Of a stretch of 64,000 nucleotides of DNA, positions 1 to 9,138 are shown in pieces. The notes beneath the pieces were generated by a model. The model did no database searches. It had not been told where the DNA came from and saw nothing but the letters and a program-made list of their open reading frames with translations. The translations under genes and the position numbers were made by a program. The first letter of the stretch is position 1, and each line of letters begins with the position of its first letter. This DNA comes from an uncultured Clostridia bacterium (GTDB lineage Bacteria; Bacillota; Clostridia; TANB77; CAG-508): NCBI GenBank assembly GCA_947623595.1, contig CANQHC010000002.1:951-64950 (forward strand). Reading direction: 5' to 3'.

Positions 1-2
1 TT

Positions 3-284
3 GATATTACTAAGTGCAACTTAATTACATATGCAAATGGAAAGTATTTTACTCTTGGAAAGCAAATTGGAAAGTTTGGCTATTCTGTACAAAAAAAGAA
101 AAATAGTGCGATAAGAAAGAAAATAGATGTAAAAAAAGATTATAAAGAAAAAAGAGAACAAAAGAATAGTAATATGACGAATAACAAAGCCAAGAGAGAA
201 AAATCAAAACAAAAAAATATAAAAATGACAAATAAAAACAAAAGTAATAAGAAAAAAATATTAAGAAAAAAAGATAATGTGTAA
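3..284 (+). CDS. Partial CDS (3' end only) with a lysine-rich C-terminal tail; product unknown
   Basis: Open frame from the window edge to TAA at 282-284. The tail is K/N/R-rich low complexity. The antisense ORF 49-231 is an artefact of this composition. Confidence 0.3.
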   Translation, partial: DITKCNLITYANGKYFTLGKQIGKFGYSVQKKKNSAIRKKIDVKKDYKEKREQKNSNMTNNKAKREKSKQKNIKMTNKNKSNKKKILRKKDNV

Positions 285-481
285 TAGAGTAAATAAAATA
301 AAAAGCAAAACAATTAAGTCATATAATAAAAAATAAGATAAATTAATAAAAATTATAGAACTTAAGGAAAATGAAAAAATAAGCAAAAATAAAGGGAAAT
401 TAATAAAAATTAAGAAAAATAGAAAAAATAAATCTATAAATATAATATAAAATTTTATGATGAAAAGAGGAAAAAGAAAAA

Positions 482-1672
482 ATGAAAAAGAGAATTAATC
501 AATATGTAAGTTGGATTGGAAAAAATGATTGGGAACTAAAAAAATTTCATGGAGATGAATTCACTACAACTCAAGGTTCTTCTTATAATGCTTATCTAAT
601 ACAAGATGAAAAAAATATCTTGATAGACACTGTTTGGTTACCTTATGATAAAGAGTTTGTAACTAATTTAGAACAAGAGATTGATTTAGAAAAAATAGAT
701 GCAATTATCATACAACATGGAGAAGTAGATCATAGTGGAGCATTGTTAGAATTAATGAGTCAAATTCCAAATACACCAATTTATTGTACTAATAATGCAA
801 TAAAATCTTTAAAAGGTCAATATCATAAAGAATGGAATTTTAAACCTGTTAAAACAGGAGATACATTAAATATAGGAAAACATACTTTAACTTTTATAGA
901 AGCTCCAATGCTACATTGGCCAGATACAATGTTTACATATATGGATGGAGAAGCAATTTTATTTAGTAATGATGGATTTGGACAACATTTGGCATCAGAA
1001 TTTTTATATGCAGATGAGGTTAAACAAGATGATTTATGGAATCAAGCACTTACTTATTATGCTAATATTTTAGCTCCTTTTGGAGTAATGGTAAAAAATA
1101 AAATTACAGAAATTTTAAAAATGAAATTACCACTTAATATGATTTGTCCTAGTCATGGGCTTATTTGGAGAAAAAATCCAGAACAAATTCTTCAAAAATA
1201 TCTAGAATGGGCAGATGCTTATCAAGAAAATCAAATAACAATTATATATGATACAATGTGGAATAGTACTAGAAAAATGGCAGAAGCTATAGCACAAGGA
1301 ATTCAAAATATTGATAAAAGTGTTACCATAAAAATTATGAATACTTCAAAAGATGATAAAACACAAGTAATGACAGAAATATTTAAGTCAAAGGCAATTT
1401 TAGTAGGTTCACCAACAGTAAATAATGGATATTTGCATTCAATTGCAGGAAGTTTAGAAATGATTAAAGGAATGAAATTGAAAAATAAAAAAGCAAGTGC
1501 CTTTGGAAGCTATGGATGGAGTGGGGAAGCACCTACTCAAATAACAGAATTTTTAAGAAAAGCAGGGTTTGAAATTATAAATGATGAAATTAAACAATTG
1601 TGGACTCCAGATAATGCAATGCTTCAAGACTGTGTAAAATATGGAGAAGAATTATGTCAAAAATTAAAATAA
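482..1672 (+). CDS. FprA-family flavodiiron protein (A-type flavoprotein; rubredoxin:oxygen/NO oxidoreductase type)
   Basis: N-terminal MBL-like domain with an H-x-E-x-D-H di-iron motif (IIQHGEVDHSGAL) and a C-terminal flavodoxin-like domain. Length about 396 aa. RBS AAAGAGGAAAAAG sits upstream. Confidence 0.85.
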   Translation: MKKRINQYVSWIGKNDWELKKFHGDEFTTTQGSSYNAYLIQDEKNILIDTVWLPYDKEFVTNLEQEIDLEKIDAIIIQHGEVDHSGALLELMSQIPNTPIYCTNNAIKSLKGQYHKEWNFKPVKTGDTLNIGKHTLTFIEAPMLHWPDTMFTYMDGEAILFSNDGFGQHLASEFLYADEVKQDDLWNQALTYYANILAPFGVMVKNKITEILKMKLPLNMICPSHGLIWRKNPEQILQKYLEWADAYQENQITIIYDTMWNSTRKMAEAIAQGIQNIDKSVTIKIMNTSKDDKTQVMTEIFKSKAILVGSPTVNNGYLHSIAGSLEMIKGMKLKNKKASAFGSYGWSGEAPTQITEFLRKAGFEIINDEIKQLWTPDNAMLQDCVKYGEELCQKLK

Positions 1673-1734
1673 ATTCGTGTAAATATTTATAAATTATTTT
1701 ACTTATAAACTAGTTAAAAAAATCATGAAAAACA

Positions 1735-1795
1735 GTTGACATAGCAAGAAAAACATGGTAAAATTATTAAGCGTATGTGGAAAGCATACGCTTAA
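1735..1795 (+). promoter_or_regulatory. rpmG-secE-nusG promoter plus an 11-bp perfect palindrome at the transcript 5' end
   Basis: TTGACA (1735-1740), a 17-nt spacer, then TGgTAAAAT (1756-1763). Then TTAAGCGTATG-tggaaag-CATACGCTTAA (1767-1795), with no U-run after it. Confidence 0.5.
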
Positions 1796-1834
1796 TAAAA
1801 TGAAACAAAAAGTGAGAAAGCTGAGGTGTGTTAG

Positions 1835-1999
1835 ATGGCTGCAAAAGGAGCAAGAGAACCAATTACATTAGAATGTACAGAATGTAAAAGAAGAAATTAT
1901 ATGACTGAAAAAAACAAAAAAAATAATACAGACAGACTAGAAATAGTTAAATACTGTAAATTCTGCAAAAAACGTACAACACATAAAGAAACAAAATAA
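1835..1999 (+). CDS. rpmG: 50S ribosomal protein L33
   Basis: 54-aa [29 protein letters not shown]...[17 protein letters not shown] with two CxxC pairs. It lies immediately upstream of secE-nusG, the classic arrangement. The ORF track omits it because it is under 60 aa. Confidence 0.85.
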   Translation: MAAKGAREPITLECTECKRRNYMTEKNKKNNTDRLEIVKYCKFCKKRTTHKETK

Positions 2000-2021
2000 G
2001 CCTTTTAAGGGGGAAAATTAA

Positions 2022-2507
2022 ATGCCTAAAGATATAACCAAAAAAGACAAAAAAGAAAAAAAAGAAAATAAACATTTCTTTAAAGATTTTAAAGCAGAGT
2101 TAAAGAGAGTAATTTGGCCAACACCAAAGCAACTAGTTAATAATACTGTTGCTGTTATTACAATTGTATTAATTACAGCGATTATTGTGCTTGCATTAGA
2201 TTTTGTTTTTAAAACGTTAAATGAATATGGTATAGAAAGTATTAAAGGTTTTGTAACTTCTCAAAATACTCAAAGTGAAAATACTAACCAAGAAGCTGGC
2301 AACAATGAAACCAGTGATGGAAATACACAAACCAATGAGGAAAGCAAAGACGAAAATAAAGAGGAGAACAAAGACGACAAGAAGGAAGATGAAAGTAAAG
2401 ACAATAAAGACAGCAAAGATAGCAAAGACGATAAAAAAGAAAATGAAGAAAAGACAGATTCTAATGAGAACAAAAATCAAGCTGAAAATGATGCAGGAAA
2501 AGAATAA
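2022..2507 (+). CDS. secE: Preprotein translocase subunit SecE, with an unusually long acidic/lysine-rich C-terminal extension
   Basis: The N-terminus (KDFKAELKRVIWPTPKQLVNNTVAVITIVLITAIIVLALDFVF) is a canonical SecE TM segment. It sits between rpmG and nusG. The C-terminal ~90 aa are low-complexity E/K/D/N/S-rich. Confidence 0.75.
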   Translation: MPKDITKKDKKEKKENKHFFKDFKAELKRVIWPTPKQLVNNTVAVITIVLITAIIVLALDFVFKTLNEYGIESIKGFVTSQNTQSENTNQEAGNNETSDGNTQTNEESKDENKEENKDDKKEDESKDNKDSKDSKDDKKENEEKTDSNENKNQAENDAGKE

Positions 2508-2523
2508 TAAGGAGGCTTGAAAA

Positions 2524-3057
2524 ATGTCTCAAGAAAAAAATGATTTAGTGCCAAGATGGTATGTAGTACATACATATTCAGGTTATGAAAACAAAGTAAA
2601 AACAGACTTAGAAAAAACTATAAAAAATAGAGAGTTAGAAGAATTTTTCTTTGAAATTATAGTACCTATGGAAGAGCAAATTGAAATAAAAGAAGGTCAA
2701 AGAAAAACTAACTTAAAAAAAGTTTTTCCAGGTTATGTTTTAATTAAGATGATTGTAACAGAAAAAACTTGGTATATAGTTAGAAATACAAGAGGAGTAA
2801 CAGGCTTTGTTGGTTCTGGTACAGATCCGATCCCATTAACTGATGATGAAATTAGAAAGATGGGATTTGAACAAGTTGAAGTAAATGTGGATTATGATGT
2901 AAATGATTCTGTTCGAATTGTTGATGGTCCATTAACAGATTTTACAGGAACTGTTACAGAAATAAATAAGGAAAAACATAAGGTAAAAGTATTAGTATCT
3001 ATGTTTGGAAGAGAAACACCTGTTGAATTGGAATTCTCACAAGTACAAAAAGTATAA
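2524..3057 (+). CDS. nusG: Transcription termination/antitermination factor NusG
   Basis: 177 aa with an NGN domain (VPRWYVVHTYSGYENKV) and a C-terminal KOW motif (VRIVDGPLTDFTGTV). It lies between secE and rplK. Confidence 0.9.
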   Translation: MSQEKNDLVPRWYVVHTYSGYENKVKTDLEKTIKNRELEEFFFEIIVPMEEQIEIKEGQRKTNLKKVFPGYVLIKMIVTEKTWYIVRNTRGVTGFVGSGTDPIPLTDDEIRKMGFEQVEVNVDYDVNDSVRIVDGPLTDFTGTVTEINKEKHKVKVLVSMFGRETPVELEFSQVQKV

Positions 3058-3266
3058 TAAGTATAATAAAAATAAATTTTTTAAATTTTATAAAGATTAG
3101 TTTATAAAGTATTGATTTATAAAATATTATGCTGAATATAAAAAATATACTAGTAATATAACATATAGCAAAAAATTAAAGAAAAATATAATTAAAAATT
3201 GAGATGTTAGTAATCTATTTTTAGGTTAATATACATATTTAAGCATTAAAAGGAGGTGCTAAGACG

Positions 3267-3695
3267 ATGGCAGAGAAAGAAATAGGAAATGTAATTAAGT
3301 TACAAATTCCAGCAGGAAAGGCTTCACCAGCTCCACCAGTAGGACCAGCATTAGGTGCAAGTGGTGTAAACATTATGGATTTCGTAAAACAATTCAATGA
3401 TAAAACAGCACAAATGGGTAACACTATTATTCCAGTTGTTATAACTGTTTATAAAGACAAATCATTTGAATTTATTACAAAAGAACCACCTATGGCAGTT
3501 TTAATTAGAGAAGCTGCAAAAATAGAAAAAGGTTCTGGAAAGCCTAATAAAGAAAAAGTTGCAAAATTAACAAAAGCACAAGTAGAAGAAATTGCCAAAA
3601 AGAAAATGCCAGATTTGAATGCAGCATCACTAGAAGCAGCAATGAGTATGGTTGCAGGAACTGCAAGATCTATGGGTATTACAATAGAAGCATAA
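3267..3695 (+). CDS. rplK: 50S ribosomal protein L11
   Basis: 142 aa, [30 protein letters not shown], a conserved L11 N-terminus. RBS AAAGGAGG upstream. Confidence 0.93.
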   Translation: MAEKEIGNVIKLQIPAGKASPAPPVGPALGASGVNIMDFVKQFNDKTAQMGNTIIPVVITVYKDKSFEFITKEPPMAVLIREAAKIEKGSGKPNKEKVAKLTKAQVEEIAKKKMPDLNAASLEAAMSMVAGTARSMGITIEA

Positions 3696-3770
3696 ATTCT
3701 ATATTAAATTTAAAACATTAAAAATTGGGAGAAAGTATTAAAACTTTCGATTGAACCAAAGGAGGTAAAA

Positions 3771-4454
3771 ATGAAAAGAGGAAAGAGATATCAAGAAGCT
3801 GAAAAGTTAATTGATAGAAAAAAATTGTATGATGCAAAAGAAGCATTAAAAACAATTGAAAAAATGCCAAAAACAAAGTTTGATGAAACAGTAGAATTGC
3901 ATGTTAAATTAGGTGTTGATTCAAAACAAGCTGACCAACAAGTAAGAGGAACAACAGTACTTCCAAATGGTACTGGTAAAACTCAAAGAGTATTAGTATT
4001 TGCTAAAGGACCAAAAGCTGATGAAGCTCAAAAAGCAGGTGCTGATTTTGTTGGAGCTGAAGAATTAATTCCAAAAATAGAAAAAGAAAATTGGTTTGAA
4101 TATGATGTAATCGTAGCTACACCTGATATGATGGGTGTTGTTGGAAGATTAGGTAAAGTATTAGGACCAAAGGGATTAATGCCAAACCCTAAATCAGGTA
4201 CAGTAACAATGGATGTTACAAAAGCAATTCAAGAAATTAAATCAGGTAAAGTAGAATATAGACTTGACAAAAATAATATTGTTCATTTAGGCTTTGGAAA
4301 AGTATCTTTTGGAGCAGATAAATTATTTGAAAACTATGAAACTATAATGAATGCTATTATAAAAGCTAAACCAGCTGCTGCAAAGGGACAATATATAAAA
4401 AGTGTAGCAATTTCTACTACAATGGGTCCAAGTATGTATATTGATCAAAAATAA
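3771..4454 (+). CDS. rplA: 50S ribosomal protein L1
   Basis: 227 aa, typical L1 sequence ([19 protein letters not shown]...). RBS AAGGAGG upstream. Confidence 0.93.
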   Translation: MKRGKRYQEAEKLIDRKKLYDAKEALKTIEKMPKTKFDETVELHVKLGVDSKQADQQVRGTTVLPNGTGKTQRVLVFAKGPKADEAQKAGADFVGAEELIPKIEKENWFEYDVIVATPDMMGVVGRLGKVLGPKGLMPNPKSGTVTMDVTKAIQEIKSGKVEYRLDKNNIVHLGFGKVSFGADKLFENYETIMNAIIKAKPAAAKGQYIKSVAISTTMGPSMYIDQK

Positions 4455-4489
4455 ATCATTATATTGTCTCATACACAATATTATGTATA

Positions 4490-4720
4490 AACAATATAAC
4501 GATTATAATATGGCCGAAGAAAGTAAGCAAAATGTATAAGTCTTACCGAGGCAAAGATAAACGGAAATAATTCCAATCAGTCTTTGTCTAGTTGTAAGAA
4601 ATAGGCAATATTGATTGGAATTTTTAGTTATACATTAGACGAAGTTAAACGAGTGTAAAGAAATATTTAGTCTAATTAATTTTTATTATACATGTTAAAT
4701 ATGTTATAGTTTTTAACTTT
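4490..4720 (+). promoter_or_regulatory. Probable ribosomal protein L10 leader (autoregulatory 5' UTR of rplJ-rplL)
   Basis: An unusually long (~320 nt) structured, relatively GC-richer non-coding gap lies between rplA and rplJ. This matches the position of the Firmicute L10 leader. I have not folded it. Confidence 0.45.
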
Positions 4721-4780
4721 GATTTTAAGTATATATTAAAAATGAAATAATATACAAATAAAAATTTGGGAGGTGAAAAA

Positions 4781-5284
4781 ATGGCAAGCAATGCAGTACT
4801 TAAACAAAAAGAAGAAGATGTAAAGAAACTATCAGAGAAATTAAAAGATGCAAAAGTTATTCTTTTAACAGACTACAGAGGCATTTCAGTTGCAGATGTA
4901 ACAAAATTAAGATCAGATTTAAGAAATGTAAATAGCGAGTACAAAGTTATAAAAAATAATATAATAAAAAGAGCTTTAGATGCAAATGGAGAAAGTGGTT
5001 TAGACGATTTATTAGAAGGACCAACAGCTATAGTTATTGGAACAGATGATTATTTAGAGCCATCTAAAATAATTTATAACTATTCTAAAAACAATGAATT
5101 TTACAAAATTAAAGGTGGAATTATAGATGGTAAAATAATGACTGCAGAAGAAATTATTACTTTAGCAAAATTACCATCAAGACAAGAACTTCTTGCAAAA
5201 TTGGCTGGTGCTTTACTTGGAAATATTGCCAAGTTAGCAGTTGCACTTGATCAAGTAAAAGCCCAAAAAGAGGCTAACGCTTAG
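4781..5284 (+). CDS. rplJ: 50S ribosomal protein L10
   Basis: MASNAVLKQKEEDVKKLSEKLKDAKVILLTDYRGISVADVTKLR. RBS GGGAGG lies 8 nt upstream of ATG 4781. The track's 4766 TTG start is less likely. Confidence 0.9.
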   Translation: MASNAVLKQKEEDVKKLSEKLKDAKVILLTDYRGISVADVTKLRSDLRNVNSEYKVIKNNIIKRALDANGESGLDDLLEGPTAIVIGTDDYLEPSKIIYNYSKNNEFYKIKGGIIDGKIMTAEEIITLAKLPSRQELLAKLAGALLGNIAKLAVALDQVKAQKEANA

Positions 5285-5372
5285 AGTTAGAAAGTAAGTA
5301 TCAAATTAATAATAAAAGAAATTAGCAAAGTTATAATGCTAAAAATATAAAATTGAAGGAGGTCATTTTAAA

Positions 5373-5741
5373 ATGGCAAAAATTGATGAATTATTAGAAA
5401 CTATTGACAGCTTAACAGTTGTTGAATTAGCTGAATTAGTAAAAGGAATTGAAGAAAAATATGGAGTATCTGCTATGGCTGCTGCAGCACCAGTAGCTGG
5501 TGGAGCAGCTGGAGGAGCAGCTGAAGAAAAAACAGAATTTAATGTAGTATTAAAAGAAGCTGGAGCAAACAAAATCCAAGTAATTAAAGTAGTTAGAGAT
5601 GCTACTGGTTTAGGATTAAAAGAAGCTAAAGACTTAGTTGATGGAGCACCAAAAACAGTTAAAGAAAACGTTAAGAAAGAAGAAGCTGAAGAATTAAAAG
5701 CTAAGTTTGAAGAAGTTGGAGCAACTGTAGAATTACAATAA
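5373..5741 (+). CDS. rplL: 50S ribosomal protein L7/L12
   Basis: 122 aa, [34 protein letters not shown], alanine-rich hinge, C-terminal domain. RBS GAAGGAGG. Confidence 0.93.
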   Translation: MAKIDELLETIDSLTVVELAELVKGIEEKYGVSAMAAAAPVAGGAAGGAAEEKTEFNVVLKEAGANKIQVIKVVRDATGLGLKEAKDLVDGAPKTVKENVKKEEAEELKAKFEEVGATVELQ

Positions 5742-5789
5742 TATTTGTAGAAATACAATATATTAACTAAAAAATATTTTTTATAATAT

Positions 5790-5829
5790 GAACCCAATTT
5801 ATTAAAAATAATAAGTGGGGTTCTTTTTA
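5790..5829 (+). terminator. Candidate intrinsic terminator after rplL
   Basis: GAACCC...GGGGTTC stem (5790-5795 / 5817-5823) followed by TTTTTAT. The loop is long, about 21 nt. Confidence 0.45.
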
Positions 5830-5964
5830 TGGATTAAAGTTAGATATTATTGTTCTTTGAATAAGAAAAGTAATCTTTTGATGTAACAGAATATTTTTTT
5901 ATCCTGTGATATGTTTATAATTCTAAGAAACAATATTAAAATCAGGATTCTAAGAAATCAGGAT

Positions 5965-5993
5965 TTGCTAAAATTATATTTTTGTTGTATAAT
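5965..5993 (+). promoter_or_regulatory. Near-consensus sigma-A-type promoter upstream of the vWA gene
   Basis: TTGCTA (5965-5970), a 17-nt spacer, then TATAAT (5988-5993) with TG immediately upstream. Two palindromic AATCAGGATT boxes (5940-5949, 5956-5965) abut the -35. Confidence 0.5.
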
Positions 5994-6261
5994 GTAAAAG
6001 TGGTTTTTTACCATTTACTAATGTATAGATAATTTCCTTTTTTATGATATTTTGTAAGATAGAAAGGTATTGCAAAACAGGAAATTAAAAAATTTTCTAT
6101 GCAAAAGGTTAAGTTTTATTACTTGTGTGATTGAATAATCATTTGCACAAATATGGTAATACCACTTTTCTTATATATGGAGGAATTATTTCCTCGTAAT
6201 CCTTTATACGTTGGATATGTTCCAACTTCATATAATCAAATTAGAAGGGAGCAAATAAAAA

Positions 6262-7329
6262 ATGGTAAGACGGTTTTTAAAATTAGTTATTATTATTTGC
6301 TTTGTTTGTACGATGTTTTGTATGACTGTACAAGCGGGGCAAGTAGAAGGTGAGAAACTTGAAAGCAATAAAAAAGGTTCATATGGCAATTTTAGTTTTT
6401 TGAAGTACAAAGTGAGTGAAGATGAAGAATTTCCTTATGAAATAAAAAATGAAAGCAAATATTTTGAAAGCAGTTGGGGATTTGGTTCTGGAAGGTATGG
6501 AATAATAGAAAAAGAAAATAAGTATATAAATATACCTTGTTATGTTAGAATTAATGGATATTCCTACTTAGATGAAAATGGCTATGTTATTTCTTCAAAT
6601 TTTATTGAGAAAGAAAATAATATAGAAATTCCTAAACCACCGGAAAAAGCTACTAACCTTTGGGTTCATTTTTCAGGACCAGTATACAGAAATGGTTGGG
6701 TAGATTCTAGTAATGTGAAACCAATTGATTTTCAAAATGCTAGCGACCAAAATGCACAGTTAGAAGATAGTCAAAATATAGATACGCAGAACCGGGATGA
6801 TGGAGAAAAAGATGACATTTTGAAGCAGAGCGTAGCTGGTGAAACAAAAAAAACAGAGGAAGTTGTTAAGCAAATAGAGGAAATACTACAAAATTATAAA
6901 ACTACTATAGTAGTGGACGTATCGGGTTCAATTCCAGATAATCAAGAACAAGTTATCAAACAATTAGAGAGCATTGAAATTAAAGATGAAACTAAATTTG
7001 TAGTATTTTCAGATCGATATGCTATAGTAACATATGAGCAACTAAAAAACAAGAATTACGATTTAGGTTTCTTATATAAGTACAATCTAACCAGAGGTAC
7101 GAGATTGTATTATGCTTTAAACTATATTGTAAAATTTAGTGAAAGTACCATAATTTTAATTAGTGATTTGCAGTGTGCGGAAGAATCTGATATATTGAAA
7201 ACTAATTCACGAATTGAAAATCTTATTATTTATAATCCTAACACATATGAGGATAATTATGCCATAAAGACAATGAAAAATATTAAGGAAAAGTGGGATG
7301 CCAATATAGTAACTTATACCATTGAGTGA
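6262..7329 (+). CDS. Secreted von Willebrand factor type A (vWA) domain protein
   Basis: N-terminal signal peptide (MVRRFLKLVIIICFVCTMFCMTVQA). C-terminal region carries the vWA metal-ion-dependent adhesion site (MIDAS): the DxSxS element (VVDVSGSIPD), a downstream Thr (NLTRGT) and a TDG-like element (IILISDLQ). Monocistronic, with its own promoter and terminator. Confidence 0.6.
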   Translation: MVRRFLKLVIIICFVCTMFCMTVQAGQVEGEKLESNKKGSYGNFSFLKYKVSEDEEFPYEIKNESKYFESSWGFGSGRYGIIEKENKYINIPCYVRINGYSYLDENGYVISSNFIEKENNIEIPKPPEKATNLWVHFSGPVYRNGWVDSSNVKPIDFQNASDQNAQLEDSQNIDTQNRDDGEKDDILKQSVAGETKKTEEVVKQIEEILQNYKTTIVVDVSGSIPDNQEQVIKQLESIEIKDETKFVVFSDRYAIVTYEQLKNKNYDLGFLYKYNLTRGTRLYYALNYIVKFSESTIILISDLQCAEESDILKTNSRIENLIIYNPNTYEDNYAIKTMKNIKEKWDANIVTYTIE

Positions 7330-7356
7330 AAATATAATATGTTTTCATGAGTGTAG

Positions 7357-7395
7357 ATAGCCCTATGTACCAACATGGGGCTATTTGCATTTTTA
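7357..7395 (+). terminator. Candidate terminator after the vWA gene
   Basis: ATAGCCC/GGGCTAT hairpin (7357-7363 / 7378-7384) followed by a T-rich stretch. Confidence 0.4.
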
Positions 7396-7527
7396 GTAAG
7401 TAGGGGCTTAATTGCAATAAAAACTTTACATAGACGTTGACTTTATAAATTGGAAGTTATAAAATAGGAAAGTAAACATATATATAAAATCAAGAAGATT
7501 GCGTATAAGAAAGATAGGAGAAAATAG

Positions 7528-8577
7528 ATGAAAATATTATTAGATGCCATGGGTGGTGATAAAGCACCAGATGCTAATATAAAAGGTGCTGTACAAGCAA
7601 TAAATAGTATCCAGGCAGAAGTTATTTTAATAGGAAATGAAGAAATTATAAAATCTAAAATAAAAGAATTTTATGGAAAGGATATTTCAGAAATATCTAC
7701 AAGGTTAAAAATACGTCATACATCAGAAACTATAGAAATGGAAGATATTCCAACTCAAGCTATAAAGCATAAAAAAGATTCTTCAATGGTAGTAGGATTT
7801 GATATGTTAAAAAAAGGTGAGGGTGATGTATTTATTTCAGCTGGAAATTCAGGAGCTCTACTAACAGGAGCTACTTTACTAGTTGGAAGGATAAAAGGTG
7901 TTGATAGGCCAGCTTTAGCCGGAATTTTACCAGCATATAAAAGCAGATTAGTATTAATGGATTGTGGTGCAAATACAAATTGTAAACCAATTAATATATT
8001 GCAATTTGCTCAAATGGCCAGTATATATTTAAAAACTACATTAAAGGTAGAAAATCCAAGGGTTGGGCTATTAAATATTGGTACAGAAGAAACTAAGGGA
8101 AATGATTTGACTAAAACTGCATATATGTTATTAAAGGAAAATTCAGAAAAATATAATATAAATTTTATTGGTAATGTAGAAGGAAGAGATGCCTTTTCAG
8201 GAGATGTTGACATTGTAGTAACTGACGGTTTTACAGGAAATATATTTTTAAAATCAATAGAAGGACTTGGAAAATTTGTAAAAAGAACGTTATCTGAAAG
8301 CTTAAAAAGAAATATTGTTACAAAAATAGCAGCATTACCAAGCTTGCCAGCAATTAATAGATTCGCAAAAACTGTAGATTATAAAGAATATGGTGGCGCT
8401 CTGTTTTTAGGGGTAAAGAAACCTGTGGTAAAAGCTCATGGTAGCAGTGATGAAAAATTATTTGAATTTACAATTAAACAAGCTGAGCAATTTGTAAAAA
8501 ATAAAGCTGTAGAACAATTAATACAAGAGTTTGAAAATCAGAAAGAAGATATTAATCTACTAGAGGAAAAAGAATAG
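7528..8577 (+). CDS. plsX: Phosphate acyltransferase PlsX
   Basis: 349 aa, MKILLDAMGGDKAPDANIKGAVQAIN, a typical PlsX N-terminus. Followed by acpP. Confidence 0.9.
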   Translation: MKILLDAMGGDKAPDANIKGAVQAINSIQAEVILIGNEEIIKSKIKEFYGKDISEISTRLKIRHTSETIEMEDIPTQAIKHKKDSSMVVGFDMLKKGEGDVFISAGNSGALLTGATLLVGRIKGVDRPALAGILPAYKSRLVLMDCGANTNCKPINILQFAQMASIYLKTTLKVENPRVGLLNIGTEETKGNDLTKTAYMLLKENSEKYNINFIGNVEGRDAFSGDVDIVVTDGFTGNIFLKSIEGLGKFVKRTLSESLKRNIVTKIAALPSLPAINRFAKTVDYKEYGGALFLGVKKPVVKAHGSSDEKLFEFTIKQAEQFVKNKAVEQLIQEFENQKEDINLLEEKE

Positions 8578-8753
8578 ATATATGAGGAAAATGAATAGAT
8601 ATATAATGAAATAAAAAAATGTATGCATAACAATGACTATACAGTATAAAAATAAAATATTTTAAAAAAGTCCTTGACAATTAAAACGACATGTATTATC
8701 TTTTTATTAGAAAAAATAAGCAAAGGAAAAAATAAAAGGAGGTGAATGACAGC

Positions 8754-8996
8754 ATGAGTTCAGAAGAAGTTTTTGAAAAAGTAAAAGGTATTATTGTAGA
8801 ACAACTTGGGGTTACAGATACAGCAGTTACAATGACAGCATCTTTTATAGATGATTTAGGAGCAGATTCTTTAGATATTGTAGAATTAATTATGGCATTA
8901 GAAGAAGAATTTGATATGGAAATTCCAGATGATGATGCAGAAAAAGTAGTTACAGTAGGCGATGTTGTAGAATATATAAAAGATCATGTTGCTTAA
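8754..8996 (+). CDS. acpP: Acyl carrier protein
   Basis: [20 protein letters not shown]...[20 protein letters not shown] carries the DSL phosphopantetheine-attachment motif. GGAGG lies 11 nt upstream of ATG 8754. The track's 8742 GTG overlaps the RBS. Confidence 0.88.
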   Translation: MSSEEVFEKVKGIIVEQLGVTDTAVTMTASFIDDLGADSLDIVELIMALEEEFDMEIPDDDAEKVVTVGDVVEYIKDHVA

Positions 8997-9013
8997 GATA
9001 AAAAAGCATTAAA

Positions 9014-9044
9014 GGGAAAGGCTATTGTCCTTTCTTTTTATTTT
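9014..9044 (+). terminator. Intrinsic terminator after acpP
   Basis: GGGAAAGG...CCTTTC hairpin followed by TTTTTATTTT. Confidence 0.55.
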
Positions 9045-9138
9045 GCCTTGTTGCTTTTTAGTTTTAGCAGGAGTATAATAAATAGGAATGATTTAGGAAA
9101 GGAGGAATATGTTAGAATAAAACTAACATAGGAAAGTA

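Noticed and set aside
49-231. 60-aa minus-strand ORF at the left edge
   Set aside because: It is antisense to the lysine-codon-rich tail of the partial plus-strand CDS. It is low-complexity F/Y/S-rich, has no RBS, and is a composition artefact.
2217-2520. Three overlapping ORFs (2217-2480 -, 2270-2473 -, 2275-2520 +) inside secE
   Set aside because: All are generated by the low-complexity GA-rich DNA encoding the SecE acidic tail. Their products are extreme low-complexity (F/L/S or K/R runs).
3696-3770. Possible L1-binding autoregulatory site (GGGAGAAAGTATTAAAACTTTCGATTGAACC) between rplK and rplA
   Set aside because: It is only a loose resemblance to an L1 target. I cannot verify the structure without folding or alignment, so it is not reported as a feature.
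5363-5797. 144-aa minus-strand ORF
   Set aside because: It is antisense to rplL, which is unambiguously L7/L12. The product is low-complexity Ala/Ser-rich.
6153-6410. Short ORFs overlapping the vWA gene start (6153-6353 +, 6228-6410 -)
   Set aside because: They have no RBS and no family signal, and they overlap the signal-peptide-encoding start of the well-supported vWA ORF.
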